The notes below the pieces were generated by a model. It was given only the letters and a program-made list of their open reading frames with translations, had not been told where the DNA came from and made no database searches. A stretch of 64,000 nt of DNA from an uncultured Methanosarcinaceae archaeon (lineage in GTDB: Archaea > Halobacteriota > Methanosarcinia > Methanosarcinales > Methanosarcinaceae). The position numbers and the translations under genes were made by a program. The stretch lies in the NCBI GenBank assembly GCA_963733675.1, contig CAVTET010000005.1:224001-288000 (forward strand), in the 5' to 3' direction. Of this stretch, positions 12,700-23,623 are shown piece by piece (position 1 is the first letter of the stretch; each line of letters starts with the position of its first letter).

Positions 12700-13689
12700 A
12701 TGACCAAAAATGTCATAGAAGTAAATAATCTTGAACATAAATACGCTGACTTAAAAGCAGTAGATAATATCAGTTTCACAGTGAAAAAAGGAGAAATATT
12801 CTCATTTTTGGGTCCAAATGGAGCGGGGAAAAGCACAGTAATAAATATTCTAACCACACTTAGAAAAATTCAGAAGGGTGAGGCTACGGTCAATGGGTAT
12901 AATGTAGCAAAAGAATCCAAAGAAGTAAGAAAATCAATAGGAATTGTTTTTCAGATGATGTGCATTGATTATGAAATGACTGTGTTTGAGAACTTAGAAT
13001 ATCATGGCAAGATATACTCAATGCCGAAAAATGAAAGAAGAAACAGGATAAATCAACTCATTAAACTTACTGAACTGGAGGCTAAGAGGAACGTCTTAGC
13101 TAAAGACCTAAGCGGGGGTATGAAACGAAGGCTTGAACTTGCAAGGGGATTAATGACAAAACCCTCCGTCCTCTTCCTTGATGAACCGACAGTAGGCTTT
13201 GACATTCAGACGAGACTGAGAATATGGGAGTATTTGAGAGAGATTAAAAGAGAAGGTACTACTATTTTCTTGACTACTCATTATATGGAAGAAGCTGATC
13301 AGCTCAGCGACAGGATCAGCATAATCGATCACGGAAAAATAATCACAACAGGGAGTGTTTTGGAGTTAAAAAATCAGCTTGGTGAAGATCTTATATATTT
13401 AGAAACTAGTGATAATAAAACTGCTGCAGGGATTTTAAAGACACTAGAATCTGTTAAAGGGGTAAACGAAGATACAAAATTCCTCAGAGTGATGCTTGGG
13501 GGAGATGTCACGCATATTTTACCAAAAATTATGGATAAGGTTAGACAAAATGGAATAGAGATCATAACAGTAAATATCAAAAAGCCCTCCATGGATGATG
13601 TTTTTATACACTACACTGGTCATGGTTTAAGGGAAGGAGAACTGGGGGAGCAGCATGAAGAGATCAAAACTGCGGAGGTTTTGAAATGA
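12700..13689 (+). CDS. ABC exporter ATP-binding subunit (DrrA-like)
   Basis: Walker A GPNGAGKST, signature LSGGMKRR, Walker B LFLDEPT, H-loop TTHYMEEA. Confidence 0.93.
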   Translation: MTKNVIEVNNLEHKYADLKAVDNISFTVKKGEIFSFLGPNGAGKSTVINILTTLRKIQKGEATVNGYNVAKESKEVRKSIGIVFQMMCIDYEMTVFENLEYHGKIYSMPKNERRNRINQLIKLTELEAKRNVLAKDLSGGMKRRLELARGLMTKPSVLFLDEPTVGFDIQTRLRIWEYLREIKREGTTIFLTTHYMEEADQLSDRISIIDHGKIITTGSVLELKNQLGEDLIYLETSDNKTAAGILKTLESVKGVNEDTKFLRVMLGGDVTHILPKIMDKVRQNGIEIITVNIKKPSMDDVFIHYTGHGLREGELGEQHEEIKTAEVLK

Positions 13690-14519
13690 ACTTTGAATTT
13701 CGTGCTGTGTACTGGAGAGAGATGGTAAAGTTTTTCAGATTTAAATCAACGCTCTTCAGTTCCTTAATTCAACCTGTTATGTGGCTTGCATTCTTTGGGC
13801 TTGCAATGTCAAAGAGTTTTGATAAACTTACTTCATTACTTCCAAACATTCCAGGGGTTCCAAATGTCGATTACCTTACCTACATGGGAGCTGGAATTAT
13901 TGCAATGGATGTATTATTTAGCAGTCTTTTTGGGGGTACCTCTCTCCTATTTGATAAGAAATACAGCTTATTAAAAGAGACCCTCGCAAGTCCCACCCCA
14001 CGAATAAATATTGTCATGGGCATTGGACTTTCAAGCATTACAAAGGCATTTATTCAGACGGGTATCATAATAATATTTGGGAAACTGATCGGGATGGATT
14101 TCTTTAAAGGATATGATATTATTCAAACTCTTGTATCAGTAGTGGGCATTTTTTTATTAGTGGGAATTTTTACCTTAGGATTTTTTTTCCTTTCAGGATC
14201 AATTGCTATTACCGTTGATCAACCCGAAGGGATGCAGTCCATTCTAACTTTGCTCAGCATGCCTCTATTCTTCATAAGCAATGCTCTATATCCAGTTGAT
14301 TCTTTTCCTGAGGTTCTCAAGTTTCTGTCGATATTCAACCCTTTAACCCTACTTTCAAATGGAATTCGGTATTTTGCGCTAGGAACTAATTTCTCTGTTA
14401 TGGGAGGTCATTATATTTATACAACAGAAGATATCGCTATGTCTTTCATGGGACTCATATTGTTTGCTCTCGTAATGCTATCCATCATACTCTGGAGATT
14501 TGATAAAGTAGATGTCTAA
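13686..14519 (+). CDS. ABC-2 type permease
   Basis: About six hydrophobic segments, FISNALYP and NPLT motifs, ATGA overlap with the ATPase gene. Confidence 0.9.
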   Translation: MNFEFRAVYWREMVKFFRFKSTLFSSLIQPVMWLAFFGLAMSKSFDKLTSLLPNIPGVPNVDYLTYMGAGIIAMDVLFSSLFGGTSLLFDKKYSLLKETLASPTPRINIVMGIGLSSITKAFIQTGIIIIFGKLIGMDFFKGYDIIQTLVSVVGIFLLVGIFTLGFFFLSGSIAITVDQPEGMQSILTLLSMPLFFISNALYPVDSFPEVLKFLSIFNPLTLLSNGIRYFALGTNFSVMGGHYIYTTEDIAMSFMGLILFALVMLSIILWRFDKVDV

Positions 14520-14629
14520 CCACAGTAATTGATTTTGAGTATAGCACCTCTGAATATAATCTTGATACGCTTGATAAAACCAAATAACTCATATTTAAAT
14601 CAAAATTCATCATGCTTAAATACGTAATA

Positions 14630-15140
14630 ATCAAGCGTAAAGAACCTCAAAGCTATCAGAGAAGAACAATAGCATTAAGAAAAAAAAATAGTATTTTTGG
14701 ACAAGATTGAAAACAAATAGTTTGAGAAATTTTGATTGTGAGAAAAATATGCTGCTCGAAACAATTTAAATCCTTGAGGAAAGAATAGTGGTTCCTCTAA
14801 AAACATAAGGGCTTGTAAAAGTATTCAGGATAGTTTTTAAAAACTAAAACATGTATATTGGGTCACAAATGTGTTTGATATGGATAAATCCAATAAAAAA
14901 GATATTGCAACCAAGTCCTGGAAAACTAAAGGATGCTATATATGAATTAAACAGTTATGTAGTATATAATAATCTCCTGCAAAAAAGAGTCACAGAGAGT
15001 ACGTATAACGTTTCATTGGTAGCTATTCTAAATCCCGAGTTACAAAGAATCAGAAACTGGATCTTTTGATTTGAAACTATAACAAAAATTCATAAAATTG
15101 AAGAAATGGCTTATATTAGCCAACTAAGAATAACTCAAAT
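14630..15140 (+). pseudogene. IS701-family transposase remnant
   Basis: Fragments SVKNLKAIRE, VVPLKT*GLVKVFRIVFKN, WVTNVFDMDKS and ELQRIRN resemble the C-terminal half of Methanosarcina IS701 transposases, with stops and frameshifts. Confidence 0.65.
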
Positions 15141-15689
15141 TTATTGTAACATTAACGAATTTAGAGGGTAACTGTTTAGAGACTGCTAATGAGTCAGTCC
15201 TACATAAATTATTCTCTGTCTTGTTTATCAATAATAAGTTTATATTCTTCTAAAACAATCACACATCAACATTCTATTCGTTTGATCTGCTTTTTTTTAG
15301 CAGGAATTTGGAGTAGGACTTAAACAGTTTTTTGGCAATAAAGTACTTATTTCACAATAAAATTGTAGTAAACATATCAGCCTAGATTCCATATCTATCT
15401 ATAAATATATAGTTTGTTTGTTCATCTATCGCTATTATTCATCAAAAGCCAAATTAATTTTTAAACTACTGTTATATTGAGGAAGTAGATGGCATTTTGA
15501 TGACATCTATGTAAAGTGGATCCTGGATCAATAAGTCGAGCAATAATATATATACTGAAATATATTATTGCGCCACATCCTTAAAGAATATAGATATGTT
15601 TTTATTCATTTGAGCTTTGGGGAGTTAAAATCTCTTAAAATCATTTAAACATTAAAGTACGTAACTAAACAGTTTCTAACATACTTCCC

Positions 15690-15985
15690 CCATCATCTCA
15701 TTCCATAAGTGCGATTATTCTACTAACTAAATTTGTATCTTATCAACAGAGAATGTTTGAATCTCGACAATCGTTCCCTTTTGATTTTTCCCTTTTTCTA
15801 TCCTGTTTCACCTTCGCATATCTTGCCAGTTGTAATCAGGTGCATATTGTGGTGGTATTTTTCCTTGCAAGAACAATAATTGCTTTTTCATATCCAATTG
15901 ATTTCTTTTTACAATTAAAAAACTCTTTCAACTTGCTATTTCCCTTTCTTCAGCTGCATAAGCAATCTGCTTTAGAATCGACTAC
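15690..15985 (-). pseudogene. IS110-family transposase C-terminal remnant
   Basis: Minus-strand fragments ILKQIAYAA, NSKLKEFFNCKKKSIGYEKAIIVLARK and IVEIQTFSVD carry the KAI..LARK motif of IS110/IS116 transposases. Confidence 0.7.
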
Positions 15986-16036
15986 TAATTGGTGAAATAC
16001 TGAACATCAGTAGCATAAAACATTAAACTGTCTGGA

Positions 16037-16124
16037 GAGCATTGCGATTAACGTCTAATTCTCACGAGGTATTTGTATAAAATTTGTAAGCAAATGCAAA
16101 AAATTAAGGTTTATCAAAATCCTC
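16037..16124 (+). mobile_element. 88-bp MITE copy
   Basis: Ends GAGCATTGCGATTAACGTC and AAGGTTTATCAAAATCCTC. Interior aligns with the other copies. Confidence 0.65.
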
Positions 16125-16188
16125 TAGAAGACATCATTTTTTACAAATTAAAATGTGCTTGATTTAAATACCCACGTGAATAAGTCCT

Positions 16189-17058
16189 ATGAGTGATAAG
16201 ATGAGTTACTTAATAGATAGTATTTCACAGTTTATCAATATCTATTATCTCGATCCTATACGGACAGATTCAGGGTATAACCCTGTAAATACTTTTACCT
16301 GGGCATTGGTACTTGGGATTTGCATATTTGGAGTTCTTAGGCTTCTCGAGAAGCTGGAGGTAAAGATCACACCTCGTTTCATTGCCTCTGTCCTACCTTT
16401 CGTACTTGCAGGTTCCTCAATGCGCGTTTTTGCAGATTCTCCTGCAGGTATAGTTCATCCACCATTAAGCTATCTGCTCATAACTCCCAATATTTACTTT
16501 ATTGTCTTTGCGGTAACTATAAGCTGCCTTTGGTTTTCCATCCGGCTACAGAAGACAGGTCTATTGAATGATTTTCATCTTATCTTTGCAAGCTTTGGAC
16601 TTGGATGGTTTTTTACAAATATGATTATCCTCCTACGTTTCGAACACTTGGTAGCCACCTATGTCTCCTTGTTTGTAATTGGAACCGGAATCGTACTGAC
16701 CTTTGTTTTCTATCTAGTTGCCCGTTGTTTCAAATCTTCTATATTCACCGATCCCCTTAACCTTTCAATCCTGATGGCTCAGCTGATGGACGCTTCTTCA
16801 ACGTATGTAGGAGTAGACAAATTAGGCTACTATGAAAAACATGTTGTACCTACTTACCTTATCCAGCTTACTGGTACCGCATTGATTATGTATCCATTGA
16901 AATTTATTATCTTTATTGGGGTTCTTTACTTGCTTGAAACTCAGTTTGAGGATGACAAACAGTCCTCTAAAATGAAAATGCTTATCAAAATGACCCTTTT
17001 GATTCTGGGGCTTTCTCCTGCAACTAGAAATACTATCCGAATGATGCTGGGAATATGA
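16189..17058 (+). CDS. Conserved archaeal membrane protein (DUF63-like)
   Basis: GYNPVNT, DASSTYVGVD.LGYYEKHV and LGLSPATRN motifs; polytopic membrane protein. Confidence 0.8.
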   Translation: MSDKMSYLIDSISQFINIYYLDPIRTDSGYNPVNTFTWALVLGICIFGVLRLLEKLEVKITPRFIASVLPFVLAGSSMRVFADSPAGIVHPPLSYLLITPNIYFIVFAVTISCLWFSIRLQKTGLLNDFHLIFASFGLGWFFTNMIILLRFEHLVATYVSLFVIGTGIVLTFVFYLVARCFKSSIFTDPLNLSILMAQLMDASSTYVGVDKLGYYEKHVVPTYLIQLTGTALIMYPLKFIIFIGVLYLLETQFEDDKQSSKMKMLIKMTLLILGLSPATRNTIRMMLGI

Positions 17059-17558
17059 ATGAATATAAGGTTTAAAGCTTTTTGTTGCTTTGAGTAGTAA
17101 TTTACATACTTTCCTAAATGTGAGTATAGCATGTGTAATATTTTGGAGAAAACATTGTGGGAAAACACATTCATGATCTATATTTATCTCGTTAATATGC
17201 TTGCTTTTACACTAAAAAATTATCTTATTCACAGTAACTTAAGTTTTATGGAATTCACTAATTCCGAATGAAAATCTCCTATTTTTGGCTCCTTTTTGAT
17301 TTAACTAGTCGAAACTCCGACTTCATGTAGAAGAAAACTAAATAAATATTAAGTATAAAATTCACTTATATTAATTATAATAAGTAAAAGCGATGCTATT
17401 ATGGCCAAGCCTATGAATTAACTACTACCGTAACAAAGTGAATAGGTGACAATGTTATTTTGGGACTCACCACACCCGCACAAAATCCCGATTTTTTACA
17501 ACCCATTTTTTAAAGGGTTCATCCCCAAAGACTTTACAGAACCCGAAAAAAGGCTTTG

Positions 17559-18697
17559 TCAAGTCTTCGGTTGATAATACTTTTTCTAGGGTTAATTTCA
17601 ATTGCTTTGTCATATGCTTTAATTGCTTCATCGAATTTCCTTGAGTCAGATAGAGCTAGTCCTTTATTGTTCCAAGCTATTGAATCCTGTGGATTAAGAG
17701 CCTATCCTAAAAATAATATACTTTCAATTTAAGATCATGTGTGGTAATGACAAAACGGAAAATTGTTCAGGACTACGAAATTTTTGAAGATTATTGGAAA
17801 AAATAGAACCTTTACTACCTGCACCTAAGGCAAAAAAGAAGTCTTGAAGACCTAGAAAGGGTGATAGGAAAATAATGAGTGGCATTTTCTATCTCCTTTT
17901 TACTGGTTGTCAATGGAAAGCATTGCCACGATTTTATGGAGCTCCAAGCACTGTAAATGATCGATATTAGAATGGGAATGACAATCAATTGATGGTGCTA
18001 TGACAAAAGCATCACTAGATGGAGCTGGAACAGGAGCCAATCCTACTGATCGTGGCAAAAAAGGTACAAAAAGGATTGTTTTAACTGATGGTAAAGGCAT
18101 ACCACTTTCTGTTGTCGTTGATGGATCCAATCGTCACGATAAAAAGCTTGTAAAAAGGACTTTAGACGCCATATTCTTTGAAATACCTTCTCCAGAAGAC
18201 ATAATTCAGAACATATGCATGGATAAGGGTTATGATTTCACAGATATCAAAAAATTGATTGAAGACTATGGTTATACTGCGCATATCAAAAGTTGTGGAG
18301 AAGAAAACATAAGAAGAGACATACATGGTTTTAGGGCAAGAAGATGGGTTGTAGAAAGGACATATTCTTGGCTGAATAGATTCAGAAGACTCCTTATAAG
18401 ATGGGAAAAGAAAATTGAAAATTACCTTGCTATCCTACATTTAGCGTGCGCATTGATAACATTCAGATCAGCAGGACTTTTCGGATAGCCTTTAAGTTCA
18501 ATTGCTTTATCAAATGCTTTTATTGCTTCATCGTATCTATTCAATTTATATAGTGCATTGCCTTTCTTTCCTTCAGCATCTGAATCCTGTGTATCGCTTG
18601 CGATATTCACTAGTATCAAAAACACTATCACAGTGATTCCTAAAAATGTTGTGAATGTATGCTTTCTGCTTGCTTTGTCATATCTCTTTGTTTTCAT
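17559..18697 (-). pseudogene. Signal-peptide TPR protein gene interrupted by an IS5 element
   Basis: MKTKRYDKASRKH plus a hydrophobic segment, then YDEAIKAFDKAIEL|NPQDSIAWNNKG. Removing 17698-18495 restores the reading frame. Confidence 0.85.
17698..18492 (+). mobile_element. IS5-family element (IS1031/IS427-like) with a degraded transposase
   Basis: IRs GAGCCTATCC and GGATAGCCTT with a TAA duplication at 17695-17697 and 18493-18495. Motifs TGCQWKALP, IDG, DKGYD and RWVVERTYSWL..FRRL. The 5' half has stops. Confidence 0.9.
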
Positions 18698-18728
18698 TTT
18701 TCCGCTTCCTGATTTTGTTAAGATATAG

Positions 18729-18763
18729 CACATGACGCAAATTAGGAGTTTATCAAAATTTTG
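18729..18763 (+). repeat. MITE right-half fragment
   Basis: CACATGACGCAAATTAGGAGTTTATCAAAATT; no left IR 89 bp upstream. Confidence 0.65.
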
Positions 18764-18939
18764 CTTAGATATAATATGAAAATTTATAAGATACTTTGCA
18801 TATTATTTTTTTCAGCTCGGTATAACAGTTGCAAGTTTGAACCTTTATAGACAATCAATCTAAATAATTGCAATGTGGATCGGTTAATGGAATATTAAAA
18901 GGGCTAAAAAATATCATGTTTCGGGAAGGATAACAATAA

Positions 18940-20110
18940 ATGAAAAAAAGTAATTATTAAACTTATATACTGAATTTATTGGTATTCGTCCATCAACTAC
19001 TACCCCCGTCCTAATGTCAAAGCAAAAAAATCCAATCAATGTTGAGAAATAATATTTGCTTAGAACTATTAACAATATTCACATCGACCTTTTGGGACTA
19101 TATCAAAATTCTTAATAGTTCTAAGCAAATATTATTTCTCAACATTGATTGGATTTTTTTGCTTTGACATTAGGACGGGGGTAGTAGTTGATGGACGAAT
19201 ACCAATAAATTGCTCAAAAGCAGCTCTACTGGATTATGAATATTTAGTTATGACTTTATATATCTTTAATGATGGTTATCAAAAAATAACGACAAATCCA
19301 AGTGGTTAGAATTTGATTGTTGATGAACTTAAGTATGAATATAGTTCAACGACATTTGATAGTGTATTAGGCTCTCAGGATATATAAATTGTTGAAGGTG
19401 GGAATGTTGAGACAAAAATAAGGTACTTAGCAAAGGAACATCCGGCAGCCGCTACCTAAAAATGTGATCAATTGTTCGGTCCGGAATTGAAGCAGATTGA
19501 CCATTATTCTTTAAGCCAATCAGGCAATTCTGATGAAGCAATGAAAGCATTTGACAAAGCAATTGAAAGTAACCCGCAAAATTCAACAGGTTGGTATGAT
19601 AAAGGAGTTGAACTCGATAATTTAAATAAATTTGATGAAGCAATAAAAGCATATGACAAAGCAATTGAAATCAATCCAAAGGATTCAATAGCTTGGAACA
19701 ATAAAGGAGTTGATCTGGATAGTTTAAATAAATATGATGAAGCAATAGCCTATGACAAAGCAATTGAACTTAACTTAACGGATTCAGAGGCTTAGGATGG
19801 TAAAGGCGTAGCGTTAGGAAACTTGGACAAATACAATAAAGCAATAAAAGCATATGACAAAGCAATTGAAATTAACCCAAGGGATTCAGAGACTTGGTAC
19901 AATAAAGGAGTTACTCTACATAATTTAAATAAACCCGATGAAGCCATAAGAGCTATGATAAAGTAATTGAAATTGACCCGAAGAATCCAGATGCTTGGTA
20001 CAATAAAGGACTTGTTTTAGCAAAATTAAAAAAGTTCGATAAAGCAATAGGGGCATTTATAAGAGCAGTTTAAATTAATCCATCTTATTCAGTAGCTCTA
20101 GCTCCTAGCT
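18940..20110 (+). pseudogene. Degraded gene: extracellular-type domain followed by TPR repeats
   Basis: YEYLVMTLYIFNDGYQKITTNP segment, then about five DEAIKAYDKAIEINP..S.AW.NKG repeats. In-frame stops at about 19306 and 19793. The 5' limit is approximate. Confidence 0.75.
18973..19211. repeat. Perfect 100-bp inverted repeat with a 39-bp spacer
   Basis: 18973-19072 is the exact reverse complement of 19112-19211 when read base by base. Confidence 0.95.
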
Positions 20111-20305
20111 GATGTGATATCAGTTGGTACAGGCAATAACTAAGAAATTGCAAACGGGAAAGACGGAAAAAAGAATTGATATCTTGCTCATAACTTTATT
20201 TCAAGAATTATTTCTTGAGGCTCAAATATCAACAGAAGTGAGGAGTTTTACAACAATACGATAAAATTAAAACACTTACTCACTTACATCTTCCAGAACA
20301 TTATA

Positions 20306-20350
20306 TTAGATTTAGATAAACCTCTGATTCTAATGAATCATTTTGAAATA
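20306..20350 (+). repeat. MITE left-half fragment
   Basis: TTAGATTTAGATAAACCTCTGATT matches the left IR and adjacent consensus. Confidence 0.45.
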
Positions 20351-20541
20351 TAGCGAACCAGAACTACTATGCATAGCTATATATAAATAGGATTAAAAGA
20401 CACTTTATTTTTTCTTTTGTGCTTAGCTTATTTTTTTGCCCGGCTAGAAAATGATAATTATTAAAATTAGTTGTAGAAAATAAATTTGAGTAATGGAATT
20501 ACTTATAGCAAATAATTTTATCAAATTCAGGATGACTCAGG

Positions 20542-21813
20542 TTGAAATGGATTAAAAAATTTTTCGGAAAAAAAGAATATTCCAGTGAAGAAATTGATTT
20601 CAGAGAAATAGATTTTGAAGACCTGCCAGCTTGGCTGGATGATAGCTATCAAAAAATATCTTCCAGAATAGGAAAGGATGCTTCAATTCTTTTAAAGAAA
20701 CTTGAGGTTTTGCTTTCGGAGCTTAAAGAAAGCAACTCCATGCTTGCAGAAGCAAAAGTCAAGGGAGACTTTGATGTCAGAGCTGTAAAACTGGCAAAGA
20801 GTAGTCGGGAAAATGTGACGAAGCAAATCTCAACGCTGATCTATAAAATCAATTTAGTAGAAAATACAGATTTCAGAGCTCTGAAAGAATTTTATGAGAC
20901 AGCTGCGAAGAACCTTGATATTTGTCTGGAAAACATAGATAGGAGTTTTAAGTATACAAAAGGTGTTTTTCCTCAGGAGTCAAAAGTAGTTAATGAAAGC
21001 CTTTCCACCTTAGTAAGGGTCTTTAAAGATCTTCGAGAAATAATTTTGGAAAACATAAAGGAAACGGAAGCTATTGAATCAGCTTATTTGGACATGAAAG
21101 AAATCCAGAAACTTTCTACTGTAATACTAGTGGAAAAACGGGAACACGAGTCTAAAAAGAGACGAATTAAAGCTTTGAAGGGCGACCTTGCCATATCAAG
21201 CCAATCGGTCGACAAATTCCGAAAAGGAGATACTTGGCATAGATTATATAACCTGCAGAAAGAATCAGCTACAGTTAAGGAAAGACTTAAGAAAGCAGAA
21301 GAAGATTTGATTTTTTTTCCACTTTCACTCTCAAATTATCTCTCCAAAATAAAAAAACTTCATGAAAGTGGCAGATACAACTTAAAGCCTGAAGTAAAGC
21401 AGCAGCTTTACATATGTCTTGAAAATCCCATAAATGTTGATCCCTCTTTTTTCCAAGAACTTCAAACGATTTTTGAAGATACATCCCTGGAGATGCAGAC
21501 CCAGAAAAAAAATAAGGCTCTGATACACGTCAAAGCTGCAATTTTGGATTTTTCAGAAAGGAATAAAGATTACCTTAAAGTTCTGCAGGAATTTGAAGCA
21601 AATAGAACTGAAATAGTGGAATTGGATTCTGGAGCACTTGTAGCTCTTGAGCACAAAGAGGAAGAACTTCAGAATAGATTTCGCTTACTTGAGGAAGATA
21701 TCGAAAATTCTGAAAAAAAACTGGCCTTTTTAATAGATGAGCTCGAGAACAAGAAGAAAAAACTTTTTGCTAGTATTAATTTAATCGATAGCTATGTAAA
21801 ATTGCACTTTTAA
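20542..21813 (+). CDS. Hypothetical coiled-coil protein
   Basis: 423-aa open frame, E/K/L-rich heptad-like pattern, TTG start, no catalytic motif recognised. Confidence 0.75.
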   Translation: MKWIKKFFGKKEYSSEEIDFREIDFEDLPAWLDDSYQKISSRIGKDASILLKKLEVLLSELKESNSMLAEAKVKGDFDVRAVKLAKSSRENVTKQISTLIYKINLVENTDFRALKEFYETAAKNLDICLENIDRSFKYTKGVFPQESKVVNESLSTLVRVFKDLREIILENIKETEAIESAYLDMKEIQKLSTVILVEKREHESKKRRIKALKGDLAISSQSVDKFRKGDTWHRLYNLQKESATVKERLKKAEEDLIFFPLSLSNYLSKIKKLHESGRYNLKPEVKQQLYICLENPINVDPSFFQELQTIFEDTSLEMQTQKKNKALIHVKAAILDFSERNKDYLKVLQEFEANRTEIVELDSGALVALEHKEEELQNRFRLLEEDIENSEKKLAFLIDELENKKKKLFASINLIDSYVKLHF

Positions 21814-22580
21814 CCCTAATTTAATAGCTTAGTTATTATGTTGAAAGGATATTTCATATTTGAGAGAAGGGAAGAAATAATATTATGGTCAACAAATTTT
21901 TAATAAACTCAGGGATAAAAAATTGAAAAAGTGACAATATATAGTCAAAGAACACCACAGCTATAAATACATTATAAATAAATACGCAACAATATATAGT
22001 AAACAATGTCATTAAAATTTGATTTTACAACACGTGTAATATCTAGCACAATAGTAACAATTATTATATCACAACAATACCATTAAAACCAATAGCAATC
22101 ATAGCATTTATTTCATCAATCATAGATCTAATCTTGTAGGAATCATACACCCATCGATTAAATGATAGCTTGCATAATTTTCTGCAAAAATACGGAAAAG
22201 TCACCTATCGAATGCGTTCAATATCCAAAAACATTTGGGATTAGTGGTCACTATGCGAAAGTGCAAAGGTTCAATATAAAGTTTTTGTGGAAAAACCTAT
22301 TTATTTTTCCAGTTTCAGCCAAAATTAAAGTATATTTCTAGCCAAATTTTGAAAGTAAAACATAGATTTTATAGAAAAATCGGTACATTGTTTAAAAAAT
22401 TATATTTTTTACAATAAGTACAAAAACTACTCGATTTTGAAACAGAATTTTTTAGTAGCATATAAATAATTTGCATATAATATAATAGAACTTACAAATA
22501 ATTATACTTTCAAAGAAACAAATCTGGATGATTAATTAGAATATAATATTAAATCAGTGAATCTGCCGAGGAGAAATTGA

Positions 22581-22931
22581 TTGGAAGACGAACAGCATAA
22601 AACTTGGATTAAATTGGCCAAAGGTTTGGGGAGTAGACAAATTGGAAAACAGCCATTTGACATACTAATAAAGATACTGACTATTTTACTGGCAATCTTT
22701 TTTGTAGTAGCATTAACAGTTGCAGTAGCAAACGTATTGGGTGTGAAAAGCTCCAAATACGAACATGGCTATGAAGCCGGCTACAGAGCCAGCTACAGAG
22801 CCGCTTTCAATGGTAATCCTTATGATATAAAAGCTGGTTTAGGTCAGAATTCTAGCTATGACGACGGCTACAGAAATGGCTATGATGAAGGCTATCCTGC
22901 GGGCCAATTAGACCTAAAAGGCAACCATTAA
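22581..22931 (+). CDS. Small single-pass membrane protein with GYxxGY repeats
   Basis: One hydrophobic helix followed by HGYEAGY and DGYRNGYDEGYPAG; GAGGAG upstream. Confidence 0.6.
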   Translation: MEDEQHKTWIKLAKGLGSRQIGKQPFDILIKILTILLAIFFVVALTVAVANVLGVKSSKYEHGYEAGYRASYRAAFNGNPYDIKAGLGQNSSYDDGYRNGYDEGYPAGQLDLKGNH

Positions 22932-23389
22932 TGGGGTAATTAAGAAAAGTGACATCGAAAAACTCCAAAAATGGATTAGACAAATAATATTAAAGGAAGA
23001 AGATATTTCCTGATAGGATTTATGCATTGGAGGAACAAAATAAAACACTAGTATGTTTGCTACAAATACTATAATTTAAATGATTTGACTTCTCATCCAA
23101 TTTGTTTTCCTTTTCTGTACCCAGAACCAAGAATTTAATTCGACAGCAACAGTTTTTTTTGATTATATAGCTATTTTAATAAAATATATGTATTTTTTCA
23201 TTTTTCAGTCCAAATAATAGGATATTTTTACCAGAATTTAGAGAAAATACATATATTTTATTAAAAAAAATATGTTGTGATGGAAAGCAAAAAACTTGTT
23301 ATATTTATCTCGTGAAGAATAAAAAGAAACGAAAATTAATTAGCTATTCAACCCACAAATTGGATTTATTTTGTTTAGATAAATTACTT

Positions 23390-23623
23390 TTAATGTGCTA
23401 AGCTTCTAAGTTGTTCGTTAATTTCAATTGCTTTATAATATGCTGTTTTTGCTTCATCAAACTTGTTTAAATTAGAGATATTGTTGCTACCTGAATGTGG
23501 AATATCTGCAAATGGCACCGCGTAGACGATGCTCGCCAAAATTAAAAGAGTCAGCATAGTGAATCCTAAAACTTCGATGATAATATCACTTCGACTTGCA
23601 TTATCATATGGCACTTTTTTCAT
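23390..23623 (-). pseudogene. Truncated signal-peptide/TPR gene
   Basis: The leader parallels that of the 18697 gene. Only a partial TPR (FDEAKTAYYKAIEIN) remains. Confidence 0.6.

Noticed and set aside
17559-20110. Diversity-generating retroelement explanation for the repeated TPR segments
   Set aside because: There is no reverse transcriptase and no template/variable repeat pair with adenine-specific differences.
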